Shown here: positions 11,010 to 21,533 of the stretch, piece by piece
Position numbering within the stretch: the stretch's first letter is position 1
Layout of the letters: the number at the start of each line of letters is the position of its first letter
Source: an uncultured Leptospirales bacterium
Lineage (GTDB): Bacteria; Spirochaetota; UBA4802; UBA5368
Assembly (NCBI GenBank): GCA_964624235.1
Contig: CAZUXY010000019.1
Location: 1,280 to 65,279 of the forward strand
Direction: 5' to 3'
Length of the DNA: 64,000 nt
The notes under the pieces: generated by a model
Told to the model about the DNA's origin: nothing
Database searches by the model: none
The model's input: only the letters and a program-made list of their open reading frames with translations
Made by a program: the position numbers and the translations under genes

Positions 11010-12116
11010 ATGAGAATAAAGACCACTTGCGGATTGGTTACCCTTATAATAGCCCTATCCATGCACGCGGCGGCGCTCCACGCTCAAAAGGAGGCGGAAA
11101 AGAAAACCGGTGTGGCTTCAGGCACGGTTAAACCGGCCAAACCCATAAAGCCGCAGGATGATGAACAAAAGAAAAAAGACCGCGACAGGAAAAAAGCTGA
11201 ATGGATAGAGAAAACCCTCAAGTACGGAATCAACAAGGACCGGCGTGAGGCGCTCAACAATATCCTCGACATCAGGGACGATGCCGTAAAAAAGGACATG
11301 GAAAGGCTGCTGGTCGATGTTCTCAAGGAAGAAACCGACGCGGACGTGAAAATTAAAGCGATCACCGTGGCCTCCGAACTCAAGCTGTCGGCCGCAGGAC
11401 CTTATTTCATAAAGTCCCTGGAAGATGAATCCGTAGACGTACGCATAGCGGCGGTGCAGGGATTGAAACGTATTAATGATTCCTCTTCAGCCCCGACCCT
11501 CGTGACCAAACTGAAAGCGCAGGACCTGAGCACAGAATCGAACTACACCGAGGCATTGATCGACGCTCTCGGCGCCTTCAAAGCCGCCGAGCTGGCGGGT
11601 TTCGCGGAGGCGGCCGTCAAGGACCTGAAGACCACCCGGAATATCCGCCAGCAGATGGTGCTCTTCCTGGGGAAAATCGGTTCCGTCGGACAGAAGGACT
11701 TTCTGGTGAAACTGCTTACCGACGAGGAGGAAGACGCCGACATCAGGTCATATGCCGCCAACTCGCTTTCACACCTCGGCCTCAAAGAGACCGCCGCGGA
11801 CCTGGATAAAGTCATCACGACTATCGAGGGATACCCTTTTAAAAAGAAAAAGGATTATTACACTCTTTACCTGTATTGTGTAGCCGCCATGGCGAAACTC
11901 GGTGACGACAGGGCCTTCCCCCGCCTGATGAACGCGTTGAAAAGCGACAGCGCTGCCTCCAGGATAAAGGCCATCAACCTGCTGGGTGAGCTCAAAGACA
12001 AAAGATCAATTGACATTTTAAAATACAAAAGGGATCATGACCCGAATTCCGGAGTACAGAAGGCCGCCCGGGAAGCGTTGAAAGAAATGGGAGTATCCGA
12101 CAAGAAGGAGAAGTAA
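11010..12116 (+). CDS. secreted HEAT/PBS-lyase-repeat protein
   Basis: Signal peptide; repeated HEAT-like units (DVRIAAVQGLKRI, DADIRSYAANSLSHLG, ASRIKAINLLGEL). Confidence 0.5.
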   Translation: MRIKTTCGLVTLIIALSMHAAALHAQKEAEKKTGVASGTVKPAKPIKPQDDEQKKKDRDRKKAEWIEKTLKYGINKDRREALNNILDIRDDAVKKDMERLLVDVLKEETDADVKIKAITVASELKLSAAGPYFIKSLEDESVDVRIAAVQGLKRINDSSSAPTLVTKLKAQDLSTESNYTEALIDALGAFKAAELAGFAEAAVKDLKTTRNIRQQMVLFLGKIGSVGQKDFLVKLLTDEEEDADIRSYAANSLSHLGLKETAADLDKVITTIEGYPFKKKKDYYTLYLYCVAAMAKLGDDRAFPRLMNALKSDSAASRIKAINLLGELKDKRSIDILKYKRDHDPNSGVQKAAREALKEMGVSDKKEK

Positions 12117-12122
12117 CGCCGT

Positions 12123-12533
12123 ATGACGGCCCCCAATCCCTACGAAAAGAGCAGGTTTGCCGACAGGATGAAAGAGATCGGCATACTCTGCCTGTTTATA
12201 ACCGGATCGGCCCTGCTCGCGACATTCATCATGGACCTGCTGGTGTACCCGGTTGCCATCTTCGCGGTTAACAACAAGACTCTTTACACCTTCATGGTCC
12301 GCAACATCTCCCTGGCGCTCCTGCTGCTGGTAATATCCGTGTTTATTATCCGAAGAGTGGTGATGCTGAGAAGGGAGGGCCATGGCACGGCAGGTATACT
12401 GAGCAGAATAGCCCGGAGAATGGTGTCAGCAACGGTCTGGATGTTCATATGCATGGGAATAACGGGAACGGTAATAGCGGTAATCTACTTCCTGCTGAGT
12501 TATAATTATTACCTGCTTTACAAACTAACATAA
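12123..12533 (+). CDS. small integral membrane protein (hypothetical)
   Basis: 136 aa with 3-4 predicted transmembrane helices; no recognisable family. Confidence 0.4.
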   Translation: MTAPNPYEKSRFADRMKEIGILCLFITGSALLATFIMDLLVYPVAIFAVNNKTLYTFMVRNISLALLLLVISVFIIRRVVMLRREGHGTAGILSRIARRMVSATVWMFICMGITGTVIAVIYFLLSYNYYLLYKLT

Positions 12534-12550
12534 ATATAAATGGTTTGCTC

Positions 12551-13483
12551 ATGGCCGTGACCAGTGATTTTGACCGATTCTTCCTGCATCTGCCGCCGTT
12601 TGACCGGGAAAAGGACTTTGATGATTTCTGGAAACGGTCAATCAGCGAATCGAAAAAAATCCCTGTTGAACCTTCCTATGTCCCTTCAGGGACTAAACGA
12701 CCGGGTTTTGACGTTTTTACGGTTTCATTCAAGGGTTACAACCGTTCCGGGCTGAAGGGCACCCTCTATGTCCCGTCCAAATCGAAAAATCCCAGGGTGG
12801 TCATTCTTCTTCCTGACTACAACACCACGAGTCCCTACGAACAGTATACGCTGGAGACCGGTCTTGCCTACTACTTCTTTCATATGCGGGGCCACGAATA
12901 CACGAACACAACCGACGGCGAGTTGGAATCATCCCCCGGATTCATGGTGGAGAACATTAATGATCCCGAATCATACTATCTTAAAGCTGTGTATCTCGAC
13001 GTGCTCAGGGTCATCGACCTGCTGAGACTGAAGGGGGACCTGGACTGCGGATCCATGGGCATTATAGGAAAAGGAACCGGCGCGGCGGCGGCCGTTTTTG
13101 CCGCGTCATTTTCGACGAGGGTGAAGGCGCTGGTGCTGGATACCGCCTCTTTCTGTTATCTCCCCCTCAGTCAGAACCATTCCACCTCGGATACCGCGCG
13201 TGAAATCAACCAGTACATCGCCGCGCACCGAACCAGGAAAAACCTGGTAAAAAAGAATCTCAGCTATTTCGACGCGCTCAACTTCAGCGATATGATCGGC
13301 ATACCGGTACTGGCGACGGTGGGATTAAAAGACACACTCTCCCCGCCCCAGTGCGTTTTTGCGCTCTTCAACCGTCTCATCTGCGACAAAACCATCGAAG
13401 TCTATCCTGACGAGGGAAACGAAGCCGGCGGCGCCGGGCAGTTCGCCAAAAATCTGGGATGGATCAAGAGGATGCTGCGATAA
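12551..13483 (+). CDS. acetyl-xylan esterase / cephalosporin-C deacetylase (AXE1) family homologue, probably non-catalytic
   Basis: The AXE1 pattern runs end to end (FDDFW, MRGHE, YYLKAVYLDVLRVIDLL). The nucleophile elbow reads GKGTGA instead of GGSQGG, and the C-terminal GHE reads GNE. ATG at 12551; the ORF finder started at a TTG at 12545. Confidence 0.6.
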   Translation: MAVTSDFDRFFLHLPPFDREKDFDDFWKRSISESKKIPVEPSYVPSGTKRPGFDVFTVSFKGYNRSGLKGTLYVPSKSKNPRVVILLPDYNTTSPYEQYTLETGLAYYFFHMRGHEYTNTTDGELESSPGFMVENINDPESYYLKAVYLDVLRVIDLLRLKGDLDCGSMGIIGKGTGAAAAVFAASFSTRVKALVLDTASFCYLPLSQNHSTSDTAREINQYIAAHRTRKNLVKKNLSYFDALNFSDMIGIPVLATVGLKDTLSPPQCVFALFNRLICDKTIEVYPDEGNEAGGAGQFAKNLGWIKRMLR

Positions 13484-13531
13484 CCGCGTTTTGAGTATTT
13501 TTGGCGGGACCAGCCGGCATAGGGAAAAGGA

Positions 13532-14167
13532 TCATGTCCCCGTATTCCTTACCAGCGGGACGAAATGGGCGTCCCCCATATTGTCTTCCACGATACCGCC
13601 GCCGGCCCTCCTGATGTACCTCCTCAGGATATATCCCGAACCGTTTTTTACCGGAACGATCATTATGCCCCCCTCACCGAGCAGTTCGAACAGCCCTTCA
13701 GGAAGAGCGGCGGCGCCGGCGGACACGATAACAGCGTCGAAGGGACCGTGTACGGTCGTAAAGTCCTCAGCGTGCACGGGTACCACGTTGCGATAATTCA
13801 GTTTAATCAGCAGGTTTTCCCTGGCCCTCTTGTACAGCTCTTCTATTCTTTCCATGGTCACCACCGCGAGCGACAGTTCCGCCAGCAGCGCCGACTGATA
13901 TCCGGTGCCCGTACCGATCTCAAGCACCCGTTCATCGCCCAGCAGGTGGAGTGCCTGCAGCATCCGGGCCACCGTAGAAGGTCTGGAAATGGTCTGGCCG
14001 TATCCGATGGGGAGCGAAGTGTCTTCGTAAGCCCTGTACCTGAGCGCCTCTGAAATAAAAATGTGCCGCGGCACCCTGAGCATGGCATCGGTTATCCTGC
14101 TGGAAACCACGCCGTTCGCGGCAAGGCGGGAGACCAGTCTGCGGCGGGGAAGGATGAAATCTCCCAT
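13532..14167 (-). CDS. pcm: protein-L-isoaspartate O-methyltransferase
   Basis: SAM-binding motif VLEIGTGTGYQSALLAE and the QTISRPSTVARMLQAL motif typical of Pcm. ATG at 14167 preferred over a TTG at 14182 that would overlap the upstream gene. Confidence 0.85.
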   Translation of the reverse strand: MGDFILPRRRLVSRLAANGVVSSRITDAMLRVPRHIFISEALRYRAYEDTSLPIGYGQTISRPSTVARMLQALHLLGDERVLEIGTGTGYQSALLAELSLAVVTMERIEELYKRARENLLIKLNYRNVVPVHAEDFTTVHGPFDAVIVSAGAAALPEGLFELLGEGGIMIVPVKNGSGYILRRYIRRAGGGIVEDNMGDAHFVPLVRNTGT

Positions 14168-14171
14168 GTCC

Positions 14172-16193
14172 CTAGGGTACAAAGTATCCTCCCCACTCGG
14201 TTCCCTTCAGTCCACGGTTATCGACGTTGATCCTGACATCGGCCCACCAACCCCTCACCGTTTTGGTCTTGAAGGTCGAATACACCAGCACGTACCGGTA
14301 TTCCTCGGAGTTGCGGATCCTGCCATAGATTTTTCTGAGGTCATCGGCCTGGCGGGCCGTATAGATGTCGCCGCCCGTCTGCAGGGCGATCTTCCGCAGC
14401 AGAGGGTCTTTGCCCCTGAATGAGACTATATATATGGGAATGTAGTGGCTGCGCGCGAACTCGATTACGTTTTTGACCGAATAACGGGTGAACGAACTCT
14501 CTGACACCTCGCCGCTGGTGATCATGATGACGCCGCGCCGGTTGGTGCGCGGGACCAGGTCGGCAACGGCGTTATACAACACACGTCCCATGTCTTTGCC
14601 GGCGGCGTAGTTTCCGGCGTGGAGTGCTTTCAGCGCGCGGCGCCTGCTCCAGTCGAATTCATTGTCGGTCCAGTAGTCGCTGTTGAACCCGAGTATCTTC
14701 AGCGAATCGTCCTTACGCATTTTCTTCAGTATAAACTCCGCGGCCCAGGGGATATCGTTATGATAACCGCGCATCCCGACGGACCGGTCCACACAGAGCA
14801 CCATCGATGCCGAAGGGTTTTTCCTTTTCAGATAATCCGAGTAGAGCCCGAATATTTTGGCTCCGTCTTCGGTCAACGAAAAGTTCTCGCGTTTCAGGCC
14901 GTATACCGGCCTGCCCGCACGGTCCTTGATGTTCAGATAAAGGGCGACCACAGGGAATTTTTTGGTGTCCACCATGGAAATCTCGATGTCCAGGTTCGCG
15001 TACCGCTGCCACAGCGGCGAAAAGATCAGAAGCTTCTCCTGCCGGTAATCCAGGCAATACATGAATTCATCCCTGCCCGAAATGGAAGAATAGAGGCTTC
15101 CAAACTCTTTTTTTCCTCCCTCCCACGAGGAAAAAAGCGCCTGCTCCTTCCGATCGAGGTCGTAAAAGAATAGTCCTTTCTTCTCGTCAGACACCAGGAG
15201 GGTCTTTCCCCGCAGGCTCAGGTTTCTGAGTTTTTGCGCATTTTCTATCGTAATGACGTCAATATAGTTTCCTGAATCGTCGAAGGCCGAGATACGGTTG
15301 TTCCCCGTGTCGGTAATATACACCATGTCGGCGGTGGCTGCGCAGTCGGTGGGATTACTGAGGTGCCCCTCGTATTCCCCGGATTTCCCGAAGCTGAGTA
15401 TAAACCTGCCGGTGTGATCGAACTTCTGCACCCTGTCGTTGCCCGAATCCACCACGTAGATGTTCCCTTTCGGATCGAAACACGCCCCCTGGGGGCCGTG
15501 GAATTTACCCTCTTCGTTACCGGTCCCTCCGAACGATTTCTGAATTCTCAGCGCCGTGTTGAGTACATAGACGGTGTCCTTTTTGAAGTCAGTGACGAGC
15601 AGGCTGTTCCGGTGATAATCGAGACCGTACAGTCTGCTCCCGATAGCGGGAGAAAAGACCGATATGCCGTTTTTGTTGGGGTCTATTTTTATGAGTTTCC
15701 CCGCGGAGAAGGAGGTTATATAGATGTTCCTGTCATCGTCCACCGCCGCATCCACGGGATTGATGAAACGGTACTGTTTCATTTCCCGCGAAACTATTTC
15801 ATCGGCCAGCAAATATTCCCCGCTATTCAGGGGATCGTCTTTTCCGCCTTCCCTGAACCTGAGCGAATCGATCTTGTTCCTCACCAGGACGTTGTCGGGA
15901 TTCTCCGCCGAGAGCTGTTCCCACTCCGCCAGCGCCTCGTCCCTGAAGCCGGCCAGGCGGTACGAACGGGCAAGGTATTCCCGCGCGGTATGGTAATCGG
16001 GGTATTCGGAAAGGGCCTTGCGGAAAAACTCCACGGCGGCGAGATACCGCATGTTATTGAAATGATTGTATCCGGTACGGAACGATTCCTTGGCCCTCTC
16101 GAACCGGGCGAGGTTGCCGGTCTGGGCAAACGCCTGAACGCCGCACGCGAAAAACGCCAACAGCACTAAAACAGTAAGTTTATAATTGCCCAT
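14172..16193 (-). CDS. secreted TPR - NHL-repeat beta-propeller - von Willebrand factor A domain protein
   Basis: Signal peptide; N-terminal TPR region; repeated NHL-like blades (NIYVVDSGNDRVQKFD, MVYITDTGNNRISAFD); C-terminal vWA-like domain (MVLCVDRSVGM ... VIMITSGE). Confidence 0.65.
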   Translation of the reverse strand: MGNYKLTVLVLLAFFACGVQAFAQTGNLARFERAKESFRTGYNHFNNMRYLAAVEFFRKALSEYPDYHTAREYLARSYRLAGFRDEALAEWEQLSAENPDNVLVRNKIDSLRFREGGKDDPLNSGEYLLADEIVSREMKQYRFINPVDAAVDDDRNIYITSFSAGKLIKIDPNKNGISVFSPAIGSRLYGLDYHRNSLLVTDFKKDTVYVLNTALRIQKSFGGTGNEEGKFHGPQGACFDPKGNIYVVDSGNDRVQKFDHTGRFILSFGKSGEYEGHLSNPTDCAATADMVYITDTGNNRISAFDDSGNYIDVITIENAQKLRNLSLRGKTLLVSDEKKGLFFYDLDRKEQALFSSWEGGKKEFGSLYSSISGRDEFMYCLDYRQEKLLIFSPLWQRYANLDIEISMVDTKKFPVVALYLNIKDRAGRPVYGLKRENFSLTEDGAKIFGLYSDYLKRKNPSASMVLCVDRSVGMRGYHNDIPWAAEFILKKMRKDDSLKILGFNSDYWTDNEFDWSRRRALKALHAGNYAAGKDMGRVLYNAVADLVPRTNRRGVIMITSGEVSESSFTRYSVKNVIEFARSHYIPIYIVSFRGKDPLLRKIALQTGGDIYTARQADDLRKIYGRIRNSEEYRYVLVYSTFKTKTVRGWWADVRINVDNRGLKGTEWGGYFVP

Positions 16194-16279
16194 TTTCTCT
16201 CTACGCGTGTAAAATGAACGCTCCCTGGGCGTACGGAAAGCGCCTTCAGGGAACCTGTTTCAATTATCGTCTTATGTCG

Positions 16280-19093
16280 CTATTTTTTCAAGACAGATTT
16301 TAGAAACGCGCCGGTATGAGATCGCGGGTTTTTCAAGATTTGTTCCGGTGTACCCTCCGCGATCAGGTACCCTCCGGCATCCCCTCCCTCGGGTCCCAGG
16401 TCCAGTATCCAGTCGGCGTTTTTTATCACATCCAGGTTGTGTTCGATAACAATGACCGTGTTTCCCCGCTCAACCAGCGATTTCAGCACCTCCAGCAGCT
16501 TCTGTATATCCGCAAAGTGCAGCCCGGTGGTGGGTTCATCCAGAATATAGACGGTTTTCCCCGTCGCCCGCCTGGAGAGCTCGGTTGAAAGCTTCACCCT
16601 CTGGGCCTCCCCACCCGAAAGCGTTGTCGCCGGCTGTCCCAGCTTTATATAGCCCAGCCCCACCCTGTTGATGGTCTCGAGCTTCGACTGGACGGCCGGG
16701 ATAGCGTCAAAAAACTCCAGGGCCTCGGCGGCGGTCATATCCAGTATTTCGTAGATGTTCTTTCCACGGTAGCGGACCTCCAGCGTCTCGTGGTTATAAC
16801 GCTTGCCCTTGCACACCTCGCAGGTGACATAGACATCGGACAGAAAGTGCATCTCGATCCGTTTGATGCCGTCGCCCTCGCAGCTCTCGCAGCGTCCCCC
16901 GGGCACGTTGAAGGAAAACCTTCCCGCCCGGTATCCCCTGACCTTCGATTCGGGGAGTTTCGCAAAGAGATCGCGTATCGGCGTGAAAAGACCGGTGTAG
17001 GTCGCGGGATTGGACCGGGGGGTGCGCCCTATTGGGGACTGGTCGATGTCGATAACCTTATCGACGCACTCGACGCCCTTTATTGTATCGAACGCGCCCG
17101 GAAACTCCTTGGATTTCATGATGAGGGAAGAAAGGGCCTTGTAAAGTATCTCGATCACCAGGGTGGATTTACCAGAGCCGGAAACGCCGGTCACACAGGT
17201 AAACACTCCCAGGGGGAATTTCACGTCAAGATTCTTCAGATTGTTTTCACGGGCGCCTGATAGTTCGATAAACCCTTTCGGTGTTCTCCTCTCTGAGGGG
17301 ACCTCGATCGTCAGCGTTCCCGTGAGATACTGCCCGGTGAGGGAGTCCTTGTTGCGCTCGATTTCCTTAGGGGTCCCCTCCGCCACGACATACCCGCCGT
17401 CCAGTCCCGCCCCGGGCCCCAGGTCGACCACGTAATCGGCGCTGCGGATGGTCTCTTCGTCATGTTCCACGACGATGACGGTATTGCCGAGGTCCCTGAG
17501 GTACCTCAGGGTGTTCAAAAGCTTCTGGTTGTCCCGCTGGTGGAGCCCGATGCTCGGTTCATCCAGGATATAAAGCACGCCCATGAGGCTTGAGCCTATC
17601 TGTGTCGCCAGCCGTATGCGCTGGGCTTCGCCCCCCGAAAGGCTGCCGGCCGACCGGTCCAGGGTGAGGTACTCAATACCCACGTCTTTCAGGAATCTCA
17701 GCCTTTCACCTATTTCCTTGAGCACCTGCGAGGCGATTTTCATCTCGGTTTCGTTGAGTGTTATGGAAGCGAAGAAGTGGGTCGCCGATTTTATGGACAT
17801 GGCCGTGATCTCGTTGATCGCACGTTCAGCCACCCTCACATAAAGGCTTTCCACCCTCAGGCGTTTCCCCCCGCAGAGATCACAGGTCTGGTTCGACATG
17901 TAGCGTTCCATCCACATTCGCATGTCTTCCGACCTGGTTTCGCGGTACCGGCGCTCGAGGTTGGGAATCACCCCCTCGAAGGAGCGTGAAAAATTGAACT
18001 CCCCGTCGTCTCTACGGATATTGTAGCGGATCTTGGCGCCGCCCGAACCGTTGAGTATGATCTCCCTGACCTTTTTCGGCAGTTTCTTCCAGGGCGTGTG
18101 CGCGTCGAAACCGAAGTTTTTTTCCAGGGTTTGTATCTGTTCCAGGTACCAGTAGCTGGTGGTCTTTCCCCACACTTCAAGCACGCCGTCGTACAGCGAT
18201 TTCTCCGTGTCGGACACGATGAGTTCGGGATCGAAGCGCATTATGAAACCCAGACCGCTGCATTTCGGGCATGCGCCGTAGGGACTGTTGAAGGAAAACA
18301 TCCGCGGGGAAAGCTCCGGTATGGATATGCCGCAATCGGGACATGAGAGGCTCGTGGAATAAAGCTTTTCATCGCCGTCTATGTCCACAATGACCAGCCC
18401 TTCGGCCAGTTCGATCGCGGTTTCGACGGAATCCGCCAACCGGGGGCGAACGCCGTCGCGGATTACAAGACGGTCCACGACGATCTCGATGCTGTGCTTT
18501 CGATTTTTATCGAGCCTGATCTCTTCATCGAGCGAACGGACCTCCCCGTCGACCCTCACCCGCACGAAACCGTCTTTACGGGCGGCGCCTATCCTGTCTT
18601 CGTGTTCCCCCTTCCTGCCTCTCACCACCGGCGCCATAATCTGGATGCGTGAGCCCTGATCCAGGGTCATGATGGATTCCACGATCTGGTCGACCGACTG
18701 GGACGATATCCTTTTTCCGCACCGGTGGCAATAGGGAACGCCTATGCGTGCGTACAGCAGTCTCAGGTAGTCGTATATCTCGGTTACGGTCCCCACGGTG
18801 GAACGGGGATTGCGATGAGTGGTTTTCTGTTCAATGGAAATTGCCGGCGAAAGCCCGTCGATAAAATCCACATCGGGCTTTTCCATTACACCGAGAAACT
18901 GGCGGGCGTACGCCGACAGAGACTCCACGTACCGTCTCTGTCCCTCGGCATAGATGGTATCGAACGCCAGGGATGATTTGCCCGACCCCGACAGACCGGT
19001 TATCACCACCAGCCGGTCCCGTGGCAGGTCGATAGAGATATTTTTTAGATTATGCTCCCGCGCACCCTTGATCCTGATGACCGGGAGACTCAT
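16280..19093 (-). CDS. uvrA: excinuclease ABC subunit A
   Basis: Canonical class I UvrA: two ABC ATPase modules ([24 protein letters not shown]) and zinc-finger cysteines. Start [18 protein letters not shown] at the ATG at 19093. Confidence 0.95.
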   Translation of the reverse strand: MSLPVIRIKGAREHNLKNISIDLPRDRLVVITGLSGSGKSSLAFDTIYAEGQRRYVESLSAYARQFLGVMEKPDVDFIDGLSPAISIEQKTTHRNPRSTVGTVTEIYDYLRLLYARIGVPYCHRCGKRISSQSVDQIVESIMTLDQGSRIQIMAPVVRGRKGEHEDRIGAARKDGFVRVRVDGEVRSLDEEIRLDKNRKHSIEIVVDRLVIRDGVRPRLADSVETAIELAEGLVIVDIDGDEKLYSTSLSCPDCGISIPELSPRMFSFNSPYGACPKCSGLGFIMRFDPELIVSDTEKSLYDGVLEVWGKTTSYWYLEQIQTLEKNFGFDAHTPWKKLPKKVREIILNGSGGAKIRYNIRRDDGEFNFSRSFEGVIPNLERRYRETRSEDMRMWMERYMSNQTCDLCGGKRLRVESLYVRVAERAINEITAMSIKSATHFFASITLNETEMKIASQVLKEIGERLRFLKDVGIEYLTLDRSAGSLSGGEAQRIRLATQIGSSLMGVLYILDEPSIGLHQRDNQKLLNTLRYLRDLGNTVIVVEHDEETIRSADYVVDLGPGAGLDGGYVVAEGTPKEIERNKDSLTGQYLTGTLTIEVPSERRTPKGFIELSGARENNLKNLDVKFPLGVFTCVTGVSGSGKSTLVIEILYKALSSLIMKSKEFPGAFDTIKGVECVDKVIDIDQSPIGRTPRSNPATYTGLFTPIRDLFAKLPESKVRGYRAGRFSFNVPGGRCESCEGDGIKRIEMHFLSDVYVTCEVCKGKRYNHETLEVRYRGKNIYEILDMTAAEALEFFDAIPAVQSKLETINRVGLGYIKLGQPATTLSGGEAQRVKLSTELSRRATGKTVYILDEPTTGLHFADIQKLLEVLKSLVERGNTVIVIEHNLDVIKNADWILDLGPEGGDAGGYLIAEGTPEQILKNPRSHTGAFLKSVLKK

Positions 19094-19422
19094 ATGAGGG
19101 TGATGTTGGTCGAACCGCACATGGGACAGACGACGTCACGGTCTTCCTCCTCCTCGTCCAATTCGCGGGTTTTTATTACTACGTCTTCCCACCGGTAGTC
19201 GCAGTCCTCGCAGGCATAACTCACTTCAACCTTGCGTTTTTTGCCGCCTTCCCAGTCTTCCTCGTCTTCGGGCGCGTCTACCTCGCCCCCGGCGACCTCC
19301 TCAGCGGGCTCGTCTTCTTCCAGCTCTTCTTCGTCGATCAGTTCTTCCTCGTCGAAATGCTCCTCGTAGAACTCATCTTCGTAGACTTCGTCGTCGAATT
19401 CTTTTTCAAAAAAAACGCTCAT
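19090..19422 (-). CDS. highly acidic protein with C-terminal FmdB-type zinc ribbon
   Basis: About 110 aa with roughly 45% Asp+Glu. C-terminus [10 protein letters not shown]...[12 protein letters not shown] matches the CxxC-x(n)-CPxCG FmdB-family ribbon. GGGTGA ribosome-binding site before the ATG at 19422. Its TGA stop overlaps the uvrA ATG (ATGA), so the two are translationally coupled. Confidence 0.55.
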   Translation of the reverse strand: MSVFFEKEFDDEVYEDEFYEEHFDEEELIDEEELEEDEPAEEVAGGEVDAPEDEEDWEGGKKRKVEVSYACEDCDYRWEDVVIKTRELDEEEEDRDVVCPMCGSTNITLI

Positions 19423-19947
19423 ACATTCACCCTGCAAGATTAAATGTAAAGCCGTATTAAAAATACCGCCTCATCATCTAAAAGAATACATCTTCCCCGC
19501 GACTATATCAAAATTTTTAAAAACAGATTGCGCACTTCATCTGACAAATAAACGTTCCTTTTCCGGTATAAAGCGGTTTTCACGGTAAATCCCCTCTTTC
19601 GGGTCCCTGATAACCGGTTATTTTCCTAATTCCCTGAAGCTTTTTATATGCGCACAGTACACCCTACAGGAACAACTTTATTTAAAGGGTGTTTTTTTTG
19701 TCAAATTAATTCACCCCCACACGTTAATTTTCAATTTCCATGTTTGTAATACCGTAAGTACTATTTGCCGAATTTCATCACGAGGCAACTTTTTTTATAA
19801 CGGGTTCACACGGGTTTTGCTCCGCGGCGCTGACCACTGGATCGGTTTTTTTTCAACACGCATGCGGGGATTATCGCCCGGTTTTTCAGCCTTTTGCTGA
19901 GGAACGGGCGATATTATCTCCTCTGCTTTCTCTTCCGGCCTTCAGGG

Positions 19948-20880
19948 TTATTTCCGCACTGGTGCTTTTTTATCGGAAGCGTCTTTGTTTTCTCGAGGAG
20001 CATGAGGGGGAGGAGTAACGGCGGTATCTCCAGGTTTTTTCGCTTCCACCGCTTTTCTGGTGGGAAGCCTTTCGGCGACAGTGTCGGAGGGAGGCTTCGG
20101 TTTCGTTTCGGGTTTTACTGCTTTTTTTACCGGCGGTTCCTTTTTCGGTTCAGGTTTTGCGGAGGGTTTCAACACGCCGGGCCGCGACGCTTTTTTCTTG
20201 GCCGCCGGTTTTTTCTCTTCCACGATGACGGTTTTTACCGGTATCTTCGGCCGGTCTTTCCCGGGCGGCCGGTCAAGTATCACCGGCAGATCAAACCGGT
20301 CGGTCACCACGGCGTCCCATACCCCCCAGAATCCAGGGGAAGCCGCGTGCTCGCGGAAAAGCACCACCACCCTGCCGGCCTGCCCCAGGTCGAAGGGAAT
20401 ATCCAGTACGTATGGCGCCCCCGAATCGGGGAGTTCATTGAATACCAGTTCTTTCACCACCCGGCCGTTCATGCTGATCTCTAGTCGCGAGTCAATGCCC
20501 GCCCGCTCACCCCGGCGGAACCTGACGAAATCCAGCCACAGCCGGTACCGTCCCTCGCGCCGCAGACCGGTTATGGTCAGGGCGGACCCGTAGCGCGCGA
20601 CAAACCTGGCCCTGCCGTCCACCACCGGCCCCGCGTCGTCGATCAAATATATGCCGCGGCTCTTCCCCCAGTTGTAGATCTCGTCCCTCCCCATAAGAGG
20701 ACCCCAACCGGCGAAGAGATCGCCGTCGGCAGTCCCGGCATGGAACACCAGCGGAAATACCACACCCTCGGTCCCGACCGGCGGCGCCGGGTCCTTTTTT
20801 ACGGTCTGGTCCGCCGCGTATGAGGAAAGTCCCAGAAAAAGCGTCAATATCAGCGGGGACGCCATTGATGGTTTTTTCAT
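19948..20880 (-). CDS. secreted protein with Lys/Pro/Ala-rich basic C-terminal tail (hypothetical)
   Basis: The ATG at 20880 is preceded by GGTGA. Signal peptide, an about 200-aa globular region, then an about 100-aa KPAAKKK/PEPKKEPPVKK low-complexity tail. Confidence 0.5.
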   Translation of the reverse strand: MKKPSMASPLILTLFLGLSSYAADQTVKKDPAPPVGTEGVVFPLVFHAGTADGDLFAGWGPLMGRDEIYNWGKSRGIYLIDDAGPVVDGRARFVARYGSALTITGLRREGRYRLWLDFVRFRRGERAGIDSRLEISMNGRVVKELVFNELPDSGAPYVLDIPFDLGQAGRVVVLFREHAASPGFWGVWDAVVTDRFDLPVILDRPPGKDRPKIPVKTVIVEEKKPAAKKKASRPGVLKPSAKPEPKKEPPVKKAVKPETKPKPPSDTVAERLPTRKAVEAKKPGDTAVTPPPHAPRENKDASDKKAPVRK

Positions 20881-21206
20881 CGGTTTCACCGTATCATTTC
20901 AGTCACTTCATACTAAACTTCATATTTTAAATCCATCATTTTTTTGCCGAACCGGCGGTGTCTTTTGTAACGGAATCGTACATGAAACGGAACTAGTTAT
21001 TGTTGAAGCACTCTACGGTATTTAATGCTGTCACGGATCCAGGGCGGCAGGTATGCCATGCCTTTTACCGACCCGCTTGGAAATGAATTCGATCTATAAA
21101 TTTGTTGACTCCCATAAACTGTTGTTTTATTTTTATTGGAGAATTACTTTGTATAACTAAACCGGCAATTACACGTATAGTTGTTCCACTATCGCAGGAG
21201 GAAACC

Positions 21207-21533
21207 ATGAAAAAGAGAGGATTGCTATTGATGATTCTGTTCGGTGCGGCCCTGATGATCGGCTGCGGGGCGAATACCGCGGAACTGGCGTTTAAGAACG
21301 GTCATGACACTGCCACATTATCTAATATCATTTGGGAATCGGAAAACAAAACCTGGACTGGCCCATACAATACTGATCAAACTACGGAGTCTAAAGAAGT
21401 TTCAGATTTGAACAGTTCCGTTATATGTACCTGGTCAGACGTAGGTACTGGAGCTGCATACTTCCCTGAAACAAATTCCAACTCCCTTTCATTGAATCCA
21501 GGCGAATCTTATGTATATACAATCACACATTAG
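21207..21533 (+). CDS. small lipoprotein (hypothetical), AT-rich
   Basis: AGGAGG ribosome-binding site 5 nt before the ATG. Signal peptide with lipobox-like LMIGC. The coding sequence is noticeably more AT-rich than surrounding genes. Confidence 0.5.
   Translation: MKKRGLLLMILFGAALMIGCGANTAELAFKNGHDTATLSNIIWESENKTWTGPYNTDQTTESKEVSDLNSSVICTWSDVGTGAAYFPETNSNSLSLNPGESYVYTITH

Noticed and set aside
19868-19925. Hairpin (about 9-bp stem TATCGCCCG/CGGGCGATA with a 24-nt loop) just downstream of the 19948-20880 gene.
   Set aside because: No T-tract follows it on the transcribed (minus) strand, and the loop is large; it is not a convincing intrinsic terminator, so it was not called.
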